Assembly (NCBI GenBank): GCA_964007735.1 | Contig: CAXGAI010000046.1 | Location: 1-35,837, forward strand | DNA from: an uncultured Rhodopirellula sp. | GTDB taxonomy: Bacteria; Planctomycetota; Planctomycetia; Pirellulales; Pirellulaceae | Direction: 5' to 3' | DNA length: 35,837 nucleotides | Shown: piece after piece, positions 1 through 8,900 of the stretch | How the letters are laid out: the number at the start of each line of letters is the position of its first letter | Position numbering within the stretch: the first letter of the stretch is position 1 | The notes under the pieces: generated by a model | What the model was told of the DNA's origin: nothing | Seen by the model: only the letters and a program-made list of their open reading frames with translations | Database searches by the model: none | Position numbers and translations under genes: made by a program

Positions 1-925
1 TAATTCTCACCTCGAGATCCGGGAGGTTGGCGGGCGTACCAAATCGGGTTATTGCCACCAAGGCTATCTGTGCGACGTGGCAGGGTGTATTCTTAGCTCG
101 GACCAGTTCAATTGCACGAGGAAGACATTGTTTGATGTCGTATTGCATCGCAAGGTTAAAAGCCATTTGGGCGTCCCAGCTTTGGCCGTGCTTCATCCAG
201 ACGGCGAATAATTGCCGAAGGATGCTTGAGCGAGGTGTCCTCCGATACTGAGAGGTGCCGTTCGGATTTCTCGTATACATTTCGTTTCTGAAGGCGTTGT
301 AATTACATACGGAGTAGATGGTTTTGACCGACGTATCATCCACTTCCACGTCGCTAAGGCCGCCGGAGAATAATAAAGCCGCAACTGTGCCTAGTTGGAT
401 GCTGTCGCGTTTGTAAGTACGGAAAATCTGTTGAAGTTCTCTGCAACGATTGGTTATTTGACTGGAAATAATCGTCTTGGGCCGATCAAGACTTCGCATG
501 AGTTCCGGTTCGGCTCTACACATTAAAACGAAAAGGCGTCTCGCAGTACTGTTGGTGCCGCTAAGTTCCTTGAAGGTATGCCAACCTGGCAGCTGAGCGG
601 CCTGTTCACCGGACTGCATGAAGGCCTCGAGTTGAAGTTGGTATAAATTTTTCTCTACCGCGTCCAGTACGCGCTGTGCCCTAAACCGAAGTTCCCTACT
701 TCCATTGGACATGGCCGTTTCCAACTCGGGTACCACGGAGGGTCCCAATTGGATAAGAGTAGCCATCGCCCGCTGTCTGGTCGCGAACTGCCTGGACGAA
801 AGTTCGTCGACGAGCTTGGTGATGGGTTCTTGTGAAAAAAGGTGAGCCGTCGAAAATACGAAGGAAATGACCGCCATTGCCATGATCGTGGATAGTCGGG
901 GGATGTTAGTAGCTTTGCTGTACAT
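1..925 (-). CDS. Exported HEAT-repeat-like hypothetical protein (3'-truncated by window edge)
   Basis: Manual translation from ATG at 925 gives MYSKATNIPRLSTIMAMAVISFVFSTAHLFSQEPITKLVDELSSRQFATRQRAMATLIQLGPSVVPELETAMSNGSRELRFRAQRVL..., open to the window edge with no stop. Signal-peptide-like N-terminus followed by HEAT-like helical pairs. Absent from the ORF track, presumably because its stop lies outside the window. Confidence 0.85.
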   Translation of the reverse strand, partial: MYSKATNIPRLSTIMAMAVISFVFSTAHLFSQEPITKLVDELSSRQFATRQRAMATLIQLGPSVVPELETAMSNGSRELRFRAQRVLDAVEKNLYQLQLEAFMQSGEQAAQLPGWHTFKELSGTNSTARRLFVLMCRAEPELMRSLDRPKTIISSQITNRCRELQQIFRTYKRDSIQLGTVAALLFSGGLSDVEVDDTSVKTIYSVCNYNAFRNEMYTRNPNGTSQYRRTPRSSILRQLFAVWMKHGQSWDAQMAFNLAMQYDIKQCLPRAIELVRAKNTPCHVAQIALVAITRFGTPANLPDLEVRI

Positions 926-970
926 GTTGCTATTAGAAGAGATAGAGGATTAAGATTCCAGTCCAACAGG

Positions 971-2113
971 TTAGTTGTCCAGCGCGAGTTCCAAATCAGT
1001 AATGAGATCATCAACATCTTCGAGACCAACGGAAAGGCGTATCAATTCATCAGAGATTCCGTGCGCCAAACGAACGTCGCGATCATAGCTCGCGTGGGAC
1101 ATCGAGGCTGGTTGCTCGATGAGTGATTCAACGGCGCCCAGTGAAACAGCTAACTGAAACAGTTGAGTGGCACCCGTTACACGTTTGGCTTTCTCGAAAT
1201 CTCCTATCACCTCAAAGCTAAGCATTCCGCCAAAGCCGCCTTCCATCTGTTTGGCGGCGGCTTCGTGCCCGACGAACTCAGGTAGCCCAGGATATAATAC
1301 GCGTTTGATACGCGAATCGTTCGAAAGATGTTTGGCTATAGTCAAAGCATTTTCGGACTGAGTTTTGACCCTCAAGTCAAGAGTTTTCATTCCTCTTGAG
1401 ATGAGGAATGAATCCAACGGGCTCATGCAGTTACCCGTGGCATTTTGAATGAAGTAAAGTTGTTCCAATAATTCTTCAGATTTTACCACCAAGGCGCCAC
1501 CCAATGCGTCCGAATGGCCTCCTAGATATTTGGTGGCGGAATGCATAACGATGTCGACTCCAAGGTCTAATGGCCGTGTGAGAGCAGGAGTGGCAAACGT
1601 GTTGTCTACGGCAATAAGCACTCCCGCTTCAGATGCGACGGTAGCGCTAGCAGTTATGTCCGTGATTGACATTAAGGGGTTTCCGGGGCTTTCTATCCAA
1701 ATCAGTTTGGTGTTTGATTGTATGGCGTTGGATAGATTAGCTGGGTCAGTAGCATCGGTAAGGGATACCTCGATTCCACTACGGTTGCAGATTTTGTGTA
1801 GTAAACGATAGGTTCCTCCGTAAATGTCGGCGCCGGCTACAATGTGATCACCAGAATTAAGCAGCATCGTCACGCAGTGTGTTGCGGCCATTCCGCTCGA
1901 AAAAGCGAGGGCCCCAATACCATTCTCTAACGCGGCGAGTGTTTCCTCCATTCGATCTCGTGTGGGGTTTCCACTACGGGAATAGTCATAGTCTCCCCAT
2001 ACACCTGGTTCATCCTGCACATAGGTCGAGGCAAGATGAATAGGCGGGACTACGGCGCCCGTAAGTTTACAACGTTCATTCCCTACATGGATCGCTTTGG
2101 TGCGAAATTTCAT
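971..2113 (-). CDS. Cys/Met metabolism PLP-dependent enzyme (cystathionine beta-/gamma-lyase type)
   Basis: Motifs YSRSGNPT, FSSGMAA, DIYGGTYR, ESPGNP, DNTF, SATKYLGGHSD (PLP lysine), SLGAVESL and IRLSVGLED. Exact substrate specificity cannot be read from the sequence. Confidence 0.92.
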   Translation of the reverse strand: MKFRTKAIHVGNERCKLTGAVVPPIHLASTYVQDEPGVWGDYDYSRSGNPTRDRMEETLAALENGIGALAFSSGMAATHCVTMLLNSGDHIVAGADIYGGTYRLLHKICNRSGIEVSLTDATDPANLSNAIQSNTKLIWIESPGNPLMSITDITASATVASEAGVLIAVDNTFATPALTRPLDLGVDIVMHSATKYLGGHSDALGGALVVKSEELLEQLYFIQNATGNCMSPLDSFLISRGMKTLDLRVKTQSENALTIAKHLSNDSRIKRVLYPGLPEFVGHEAAAKQMEGGFGGMLSFEVIGDFEKAKRVTGATQLFQLAVSLGAVESLIEQPASMSHASYDRDVRLAHGISDELIRLSVGLEDVDDLITDLELALDN

Positions 2114-2117
2114 CCGG

Positions 2118-3308
2118 TTATCCCTCTAGCGCTTGAGCCAGGTCATGTATTAAGTCGTCAGTGTCTTCAATTCCGATTGCCATGCGGATCATGTTATCTT
2201 TGATACCATAGTCTGCTCTTTCTTCTGCCGGGAGTTCGTAATAACTCATTACCATTGGTTGTTCAATTAAAGACTCCACCCCGCCAAGCGAAGGACCGAT
2301 CTTAGGTATCTGACAACGGTCAACAATATCCGCGGTTGCGCGCCAGTCAGCGTCGTTCACTTCGAAAGTAATCAAGCCCCCGTATCCCTTCATTTGGGCC
2401 TTTGCAACTTCGTGATAACGATGACTTGATAAGCCGGGGTAATACACTTTACTCACCCTGGGGTGAGATTCTAAAAATGTTGCGAGGGCCATTCCATTAG
2501 CATTATGCCGCTCCATCCTCACGTCAAAGGTCTTAAGCCCGCGTTGCAGCAAGTAACAATTGTGTGCAGAATTGATGGACCCCAGAATACCTCGTAAATA
2601 ACGGATATCAGCAAGTTGCTCCTTCCCGCCCACGATTACGCCCGCTAAAAGATCGTTATGGCCAGCAAGATATTTGGTGGCGGAGTGCAGAACATAATCA
2701 ACGCCGTACTCGATTGGTTTGACGTTGTAAGGTGTCGCTAACGTCGCGTCAATTAACGTCTCCACTCCGGTCCGCCTTCCGATCTCCGCAAAACGCTTCA
2801 AATCCACGACGCTGAGATGCGGATTTGTCGGAGATTCACTAACTAGCAGCTTGGTATTTTCGTTGATCGCCGCCTCCATAGCCTCATAGTTGCAGGCTTC
2901 CACCTGTCGCGTGATAACACCAAACCTAGACATGTGTTTTGAGCAGAACTCGCGACTTCGATGGTAGCATTCATCAAAGAAGACGACTTCATCACCGGCA
3001 TTCAGTTTGGCCATAATAACACCGACGATTGCCGCCATTCCACTAGAATAGAGCACAGCATCTTCGCCGCCTTCTAGTGCGGCAAGTTTCCGCTCGACGA
3101 CCGCTTCATTGGGGTTCCCGTATCTTCCGTATTCCCCGCGTTGTTGCTTTTGCTCGATATAATCAATCACAGCCTGAGTGTTTGCAAACGTGTAGGTAGA
3201 AGCCATCACGATCGGGTCAGTAATGGAATCAAGCGCCTTTTGGTGCGACTCGCCGCCGTGCACTGATGTCGTTGATTCTCCGTATTCGTGGCCTTGCTGT
3301 AGTGCCAT
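2118..3308 (-). CDS. metB: Cystathionine gamma-synthase, plant-type
   Basis: Motifs EYGRYGNP, ECYHRS, ESPTNP, HSATKYLAGHND, GPSLGGVES, MSYYEL and GIKDNMIR. Start moved to ATG 3308 (MALQQGHEYGE) because family similarity begins there and the upstream in-frame extension overlaps a structured leader. Confidence 0.85.
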   Translation of the reverse strand: MALQQGHEYGESTTSVHGGESHQKALDSITDPIVMASTYTFANTQAVIDYIEQKQQRGEYGRYGNPNEAVVERKLAALEGGEDAVLYSSGMAAIVGVIMAKLNAGDEVVFFDECYHRSREFCSKHMSRFGVITRQVEACNYEAMEAAINENTKLLVSESPTNPHLSVVDLKRFAEIGRRTGVETLIDATLATPYNVKPIEYGVDYVLHSATKYLAGHNDLLAGVIVGGKEQLADIRYLRGILGSINSAHNCYLLQRGLKTFDVRMERHNANGMALATFLESHPRVSKVYYPGLSSHRYHEVAKAQMKGYGGLITFEVNDADWRATADIVDRCQIPKIGPSLGGVESLIEQPMVMSYYELPAEERADYGIKDNMIRMAIGIEDTDDLIHDLAQALEG

Positions 3309-3354
3309 TGGAATATAAGTTCCGCTGTAAAAGAATGAAGTTGTTGCTTTTTTT

Positions 3355-3456
3355 GGAGTTTGTACCCAACTGCAACATCTAACAGCAGAAACCTTACACA
3401 GTGAGTTGTGTAGGTGGCACTTTAGCAGATAAAGGCTGCAAGCGGCCACAAACCCC
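3355..3456 (-). ncRNA. Candidate structured leader/ncRNA (long interrupted hairpin) upstream of the Cys/Met operon
   Basis: Nested complementary blocks on the minus strand: GGGGUUUGU/ACAAACUCC, UGCAGC/GUUGCA, AUCU/AGAU, a ~12x11-nt internal bubble, and apical CCUACACA-ACUCAC-UGUGUAAGG. Mismatches in the outer stems are G-U pairs only on the minus strand. Confidence 0.55.
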
Positions 3457-3466
3457 TATGTTCTCA

Positions 3467-3494
3467 ATCTTACTCAAGATAGCTTATTACACAA
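3467..3494 (-). promoter_or_regulatory. Putative sigma70-type promoter for the leader/metB transcript
   Basis: TTGTGT-16 nt-TAAGAT on the minus strand. Predicted +1 falls near 3459, a few nt before the hairpin base. Confidence 0.45.
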
Positions 3495-3517
3495 GAGACC
3501 GTTATGAAATCTCCAGG

Positions 3518-4120
3518 CTATTGTCGAAGAGGATTAACAGGGTAGTCCCTATTGCGTGACTCTGCCTGATTAACCTGTGGGTAAATATTGAGTTGTCCTG
3601 ATACTGCGCGAATAGTGGTTTGTGGTCCGATCAATACGGTCGGAGCGGTCTCCGCGGGAAGCCGCCTAAATCTTACAGAGTCTTCGATTCGCTCCGGTTC
3701 GATTTCCTCGGGGATGACTGCCTCGGTGGCTGGGGTTGGTTCACCAGCGGGACCCAAGATCACTTCACGCGATTGTAAATGATTTGTACAGCACGAACTT
3801 TGATGAAACCGTGCAGAAAATAATAGTCCATGTCCAGGCTGCCGACGAAGACCGCGACAGGGTAAAAGGGCATTAAATGTGTCACGAATTCCTTGCGCTA
3901 TAGTTGGCAAGAGAGCTGGACAACAATCCGCACTACCCATGAGATGGTTATCAACCGCGGAAACTGTCGGTAACTCCGACGCGACAGAAGCGCTCGTCAG
4001 AAAAGGATAGTTAACAGCTTTTGAGGGGGCGTAGTAAAGACCGCCATTGATTCCATCCTGGGACAGACCTGGACTCGTAATGACGGTGAGCACAAAAATT
4101 ATCGTAAGAGCATATTTCAT
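3518..4120 (-). CDS. Secreted hypothetical protein with Cys clusters and Pro/Glu-rich tail
   Basis: 200-aa ORF with an N-terminal signal peptide (MKYALTIIFVLTVITSPGLS), DCCP/LPC/SCCT cysteines and low-complexity C-terminus. Confidence 0.7.
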   Translation of the reverse strand: MKYALTIIFVLTVITSPGLSQDGINGGLYYAPSKAVNYPFLTSASVASELPTVSAVDNHLMGSADCCPALLPTIAQGIRDTFNALLPCRGLRRQPGHGLLFSARFHQSSCCTNHLQSREVILGPAGEPTPATEAVIPEEIEPERIEDSVRFRRLPAETAPTVLIGPQTTIRAVSGQLNIYPQVNQAESRNRDYPVNPLRQ

Positions 4121-4329
4121 AGGATTAACCTTTCACTCCACAGCTGAAATCTATCTACCTTAATATTTCGTCCGGCACAATCGATAGAATTAGGATATCC
4201 CTAGCTGCCCGTACGCCCTTCTCAAATTACCCAGATTGACAGGGCTAAGGGTTGGAGTTGACGCCATGGGCAAAGATAGGCTAATCATTGGGAATGGCTG
4301 ATCCCAAATCGTATAAATCGTATGAAAAA

Positions 4330-5454
4330 ATGATAAGCATCGGCAAACTTTTAGTTGTTCTAGTTGTTATTTGTTCGCAAACTGTTGCACAAGCCCAACG
4401 ACCCATAGAGTGGTTGGATGGTGGCGTATCGCTGAATTTAGTTTCGCTGCAGGAAGAAGCGGCGCTCGGAGATCCTGGATTCGATCCCTACGGAAATGCT
4501 GGAGCCCCCAATCCTCCTGGCTTTGGTTCCGATTCGGTGGGAGACCCACCGGATAAACCTTGGTTTGGTCAACCATATACAGCGCCAAAAGATCCACCAA
4601 ACGGCTCGATTACGAATCGTTTGTTCGGCACCAATTCTGGTACTCGTGTTAGCGATTTCCTGAGGTTCGCGGAGACACCTCGACTTCAGTATGCGTGGAT
4701 ACATGATGGAAACGGGTTGCAGGACCTTTCCCAACAAGAATTTGAATTTTCTGTTGTCTTTGCCTTTCCCAGCTTCCTTAAAACGGAGCAACCGTTATAC
4801 ATCGCTCCCTCATTCGGGCTTTATATGCTTCAAGGGGCCGGAGGTGTGGGTTTACCCAATCAAGCCTATAGTGGCTTCCTAGAGATGAATTGGCAGTCCG
4901 ATCCCCAACAGCGGTTTAATGTCGATCTCGGCGTGGCGGTAGGTGTGCATTCGGACTTTAATACCTTCAGTAGCGATAGCATTCGACTCACGGGTCATGC
5001 ATTATTCAATCTTAGTATTACCGAGGACACAACCTTTCGGGGCGGCCTAATTTATTATGATCGCGTGGATTTGAAGATGCTGCCAGCGATCGGGCTAGTA
5101 TGGCAACCCCATACTGAGGCCCGTATTGAGCTCTTTTTTCCTCGCCCTCGCGTTTCGCAATACCTAACGTCATTCAGCAACTATGACGTTTGGTGGTATT
5201 ATGGTGGCGAAATTGGCGGCGGGAGTTGGACGATGAAACAGGGAAGCGGACTAAAGACGCAAACGGACATAAATGATATTCGTATCACCACGGGGCTAGA
5301 AATTGGACTCCCAGAGCAGTTACGCATTGGCGAGCGTATCGGGTACGTAGAAGCAGGGTTAGTCTTCGATCGGAAGGTCGCATTTAGAGACTCACCGACA
5401 ACAAACTTCGAACCTGGCACGACGATTATATTACGCGCCGGAATAGGATATTAA
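4330..5454 (+). CDS. Probable outer-membrane beta-barrel protein (planctomycete type)
   Basis: Signal peptide MISIGKLLVVLVVICSQTVAQA, Pro/Gly-rich linker, amphipathic aromatic-rich beta strands and a C-terminal beta-signal-like LRAGIGY. Start is uncertain (4288, 4294 or 4330). Confidence 0.7.
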   Translation: MISIGKLLVVLVVICSQTVAQAQRPIEWLDGGVSLNLVSLQEEAALGDPGFDPYGNAGAPNPPGFGSDSVGDPPDKPWFGQPYTAPKDPPNGSITNRLFGTNSGTRVSDFLRFAETPRLQYAWIHDGNGLQDLSQQEFEFSVVFAFPSFLKTEQPLYIAPSFGLYMLQGAGGVGLPNQAYSGFLEMNWQSDPQQRFNVDLGVAVGVHSDFNTFSSDSIRLTGHALFNLSITEDTTFRGGLIYYDRVDLKMLPAIGLVWQPHTEARIELFFPRPRVSQYLTSFSNYDVWWYYGGEIGGGSWTMKQGSGLKTQTDINDIRITTGLEIGLPEQLRIGERIGYVEAGLVFDRKVAFRDSPTTNFEPGTTIILRAGIGY

Positions 5455-8400
5455 CGCCATTGATACTGGATTCGGCTGTTTAGTTCCGGCTTGGTGTTTA
5501 CTCTTATTACCTCTGTTGTTCTAGCGGAGTGCTGGACGCCAATAACCAAACGATGGGATCCATTCTTCAGGTTTGCAACTGCTTCGCCGGAATTTAATGG
5601 CGTAGGTTTACCGTTGATCCATAAAAGGATCCCCTCAGGATTTAGGATGCTAATTTTGAGTGGTCCAGGTTGTGTCACCTCGATCTTTGACCTTAAAAAA
5701 CTGAAACGATTGTCGGCAGTATGTGGTGCGATTTCCGGTAAGTTGCTGGTCGGCACCAATCCCTGTACGGTCGCATAAAGATTACCCCATTGAAAAGCTT
5801 CCGCATCGCCAGACGCACTGTCGATCCCTGTTCGATTAAGGAGTCGATGTGTCGAGGGGGAAGATTGTAAAACTTCCCATGTGCGACCGTAACGTTCTTT
5901 ACTTATTTCAAAATCACCAACCTTGCCTAGCCGCGACAGGAAGGTAACCAAATGAACAAGCTCCTTCCTAGTTAATTCGTCGACGGAGCCGTCAGGCATT
6001 AGTGAACGACTATCTTTCTGTAATTCGATGTCTGCCTTTTTAATTGAAACAATTTTGTTTTTAGCTGTGCGGAGGTTTAATTTTGTATCATCCGATTGAA
6101 TAATGATGCCACTAGTGATTCGCCCATTCAAATCAAGGATTTGTACGGCATGAAAGTTTTCTTTCACTTTAGCATTAGGAACTAAGAGGCTCTCGATCAG
6201 ATAATCGGTTGGAGCGCTAGCACCGATACTGATCAGATCAGGGCCAACTTTCCCACCAGATCCCCCAATGCCATGGCACAGCATACACTGCAACGATGCA
6301 CGGCGGTATATTTCCTGTCCTAAGTGCGGATCACCGTAGTCGCGAACGTCCTCCAATAACGCGGATTTGAGTTCGGGAGTCAGTATCCATCCGGAGGAAG
6401 AGACATTTCCCGCTTTTCGAAAAGCTTCGATGATGGCCGGCAACTCATTACCGGTTGCGCGGGTAATACTGACAGCAAGTTTGGCGTTTTCAGCGGGAAG
6501 TTCGCTGGTTGCCAAAGAGTCTAATAAGCTGTCTCTTCCGTTCTGAGAGTCGAGCAAGGTCGGCAAGGTTGCACGAACGACTGTATCGTGCCTGTTGAGA
6601 TCTTCTAACTGTGCTTCTACAGCACCCCGGAGTGAGATGCGTGAGAGAGCTTGGATGCTCGCTGCTCGTAGGGCTGTATCGTCGCTGGTTATTAAATCCT
6701 TCAGTAGTGCTAAAGCTGGTTCCCCTTTTATAACGCCAAGCGCTTGTATTGCTTCCACCCTCAGGTACGAATCTTTAGAGGCGGTAGTATAGATGTAGTT
6801 GTATAGCGTTTGTAACTTCCAAGCCGCAGTACAGCGTAAAAGCTGTAGATTCCAATTTAGCTCAGAATAAAACCCGGCAAGGGTGGTGGGATCTTGGGGG
6901 GTTATCTTGCGGTCAGTGGTATGAGTTATGATCTCTAGCGTCGTCAGTTTAGATTGCTCCGGATCTAAAAGTCGTCCTTGTTTTACTAACCAGAGAAGGG
7001 CTGTTTGGATGGCTGAGGCATCACCATACTGTCCGATAGCCCGGGCTATATCAAAACTCGACGACTGCGCCTCGGCTTGCTCGGTAAGGATGGCAGATAG
7101 CGTCTTTCCGACATCGGAATTGTCAATCGACTTTAACGCGAAAAGAAGTTGTGATGGGTCGCCACCAAAGGTGAATTCACCGGACTGTACTTTGGGTAGC
7201 CAGATGTTTTTGGAATCTCTGAGTGCTCGCCATGTTGCAAAATCTAAAAAGCGATCCATCGGTTGAGAAAGCACGGTAGTCAGAGCCGAGATAGACTGCA
7301 AATCGTCATTTTGCGAAAGGGCGCGAACGGCCTCCAGGCGAACCCGGGGGTGATCATCTTTGACGCCCGCAAGGTAATACTGTTGATGATTAGGAAGCCG
7401 GTCGCGACGCACGCTAGAAAGCCTCATCGCCGCCGCGCGCACTCTGTGGTCTGGACTGGCTAAAAGGTCTTCAGTCAATTCCTGATCGACGTGCATTACG
7501 TTCTGTAAAGCCCACATAGCCTCTAAAAGATGGTGTTGGTAATCTGCTGAGGACCGATTTAGCCCGTCAACCCATCTCTTAACCGCTGACACGACTTCCC
7601 CGGAGTTTCTGGTCTTGAGCTCAAGCTTGGCATGCTGACGCACCCAGTTTTCGGGTACTTCAAGGAGCTTGACTAGTTCACTGTTCGATAACGATTCGAA
7701 ATTCGGGTTAATAAGAAGAGGGCGTTCTTTAGCAGTGATTCTCCAGATACGCCCGTGTACATGATCGCGCCTTTCATCACGGAAATCTACTTCACCATGC
7801 TGGATGATAGGGTTATACCAATCAGCAACGTAGATGGCACCATCCGGACCCATTTTTACATCAATTGGCCGGAAGGCTACGTGGCTGGACTTAATTACCT
7901 CCACGACCTGATGGCTCGAGTATCCCGCGCCGTTTTCGGTGACTTCAAAACGGCAGACACGGTTTCCGCGAAAGTCGTTGGTCACCATGGTCCCACGCCA
8001 CTCTTCAGGCAGATGTCTCCCGCTGAGGACTTCTAGACCACAATGTTTCGGGCTACCGGGGTTAAGACCGGCAAGAAATCTAGGTTCATTAGGTGCTGCC
8101 CGAAAAACCGCGCCCGGAAACACATAATTGATTCCTTCGACGAATGCCCCATCGGTGGCAAAAGACTGCCCCCAATGGTCGAAATGGTGCCCCCAAGGGT
8201 TAACAAAACCACGACAGTAAACGTCAAGTTCCATGGATTCGGGGCGGAATCGCCATATACCGCCGCCCAGAAGTCGGCGCACACCCGTTGGTGTCTCGAC
8301 GTGGCTGTGAATATAGATGGACTGATTCATGTACAATGCACCGTCAGGACCCCAACGCAACGTATGTAAAAGATGGTGTGTATCTTCTGTACCAAAACCT

Positions 8401-8876
8401 GAAAGGATGATGCGCGTCCGATCAGCAACCCCGTCACCGTTTGAATCACTGTAATGGACTAAGTCCGTGCTGTTTGCTACATAAACACCGCCATCCCCGG
8501 GGGCAACACCTGTAGGTATCAGTAGGTTGTCGACGAAGACGATCCGTTGGTCCGCCTGACCGTCTCCGGTTGTGTCCTTCAAGACGATAATCTTATCAGT
8601 AGCCGGTTGACCCGGTTTGATTTGGGGATATACCTCACTAGAAGCAACCCATAACTGGCCTTTGGCATCGAAATTCATTTGAATGGGTTTGGCCAATTGA
8701 GGATCCGATGCAAACAGGTTAACTTCAAATCCATCTGGAACAATGAAGGTTGCCTTTTCAGTATTTGGATCTGGATCGGGTATATCTTTCAGGCCTCGCT
8801 GTGCAGTTACTGGATTCACTACAAAACAATAGAGTACCGAGCAGAAGGTGAAGAGCGGCAGGTAGGGTTTAGACAT
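5451..8876 (-). CDS. PVC-type heme-binding CxxCH protein (membrane-bound dehydrogenase-like propeller + HEAT repeats + cytochrome c)
   Basis: Signal peptide; VPDGFEVNLFASDP, GFGTEDTHH, RWGPDG, NPWG and FRPIDVKMGPDGAIYVADWY propeller motifs; central HEAT repeats; CMLCH...VGPDL...SLMPDG heme c domain; C-terminal beta-sandwich. Confidence 0.9.
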   Translation of the reverse strand: MSKPYLPLFTFCSVLYCFVVNPVTAQRGLKDIPDPDPNTEKATFIVPDGFEVNLFASDPQLAKPIQMNFDAKGQLWVASSEVYPQIKPGQPATDKIIVLKDTTGDGQADQRIVFVDNLLIPTGVAPGDGGVYVANSTDLVHYSDSNGDGVADRTRIILSGFGTEDTHHLLHTLRWGPDGALYMNQSIYIHSHVETPTGVRRLLGGGIWRFRPESMELDVYCRGFVNPWGHHFDHWGQSFATDGAFVEGINYVFPGAVFRAAPNEPRFLAGLNPGSPKHCGLEVLSGRHLPEEWRGTMVTNDFRGNRVCRFEVTENGAGYSSHQVVEVIKSSHVAFRPIDVKMGPDGAIYVADWYNPIIQHGEVDFRDERRDHVHGRIWRITAKERPLLINPNFESLSNSELVKLLEVPENWVRQHAKLELKTRNSGEVVSAVKRWVDGLNRSSADYQHHLLEAMWALQNVMHVDQELTEDLLASPDHRVRAAAMRLSSVRRDRLPNHQQYYLAGVKDDHPRVRLEAVRALSQNDDLQSISALTTVLSQPMDRFLDFATWRALRDSKNIWLPKVQSGEFTFGGDPSQLLFALKSIDNSDVGKTLSAILTEQAEAQSSSFDIARAIGQYGDASAIQTALLWLVKQGRLLDPEQSKLTTLEIITHTTDRKITPQDPTTLAGFYSELNWNLQLLRCTAAWKLQTLYNYIYTTASKDSYLRVEAIQALGVIKGEPALALLKDLITSDDTALRAASIQALSRISLRGAVEAQLEDLNRHDTVVRATLPTLLDSQNGRDSLLDSLATSELPAENAKLAVSITRATGNELPAIIEAFRKAGNVSSSGWILTPELKSALLEDVRDYGDPHLGQEIYRRASLQCMLCHGIGGSGGKVGPDLISIGASAPTDYLIESLLVPNAKVKENFHAVQILDLNGRITSGIIIQSDDTKLNLRTAKNKIVSIKKADIELQKDSRSLMPDGSVDELTRKELVHLVTFLSRLGKVGDFEISKERYGRTWEVLQSSPSTHRLLNRTGIDSASGDAEAFQWGNLYATVQGLVPTSNLPEIAPHTADNRFSFLRSKIEVTQPGPLKISILNPEGILLWINGKPTPLNSGEAVANLKNGSHRLVIGVQHSARTTEVIRVNTKPELNSRIQYQWR

Positions 8877-8900
8877 CTTTCGGGCAGTCCTGTTAGATGA

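Noticed and set aside
27..1029. ORFs 27..251(+), 193..384(-) and 655..1029(-)
   Set aside because: They overlap the longer, protein-like minus-strand frame 1..925 and show no recognisable motifs.
3355..3480. Calling the leader a canonical SAM-I riboswitch, SRP RNA or intrinsic terminator
   Set aside because: It lacks the GCAACC/GGUGC core and kink-turn P2 of SAM-I, lacks the SRP helix-8 CAGG-GNRA-AGCAG motif, and has no U-tract 3' of the stem on either strand.
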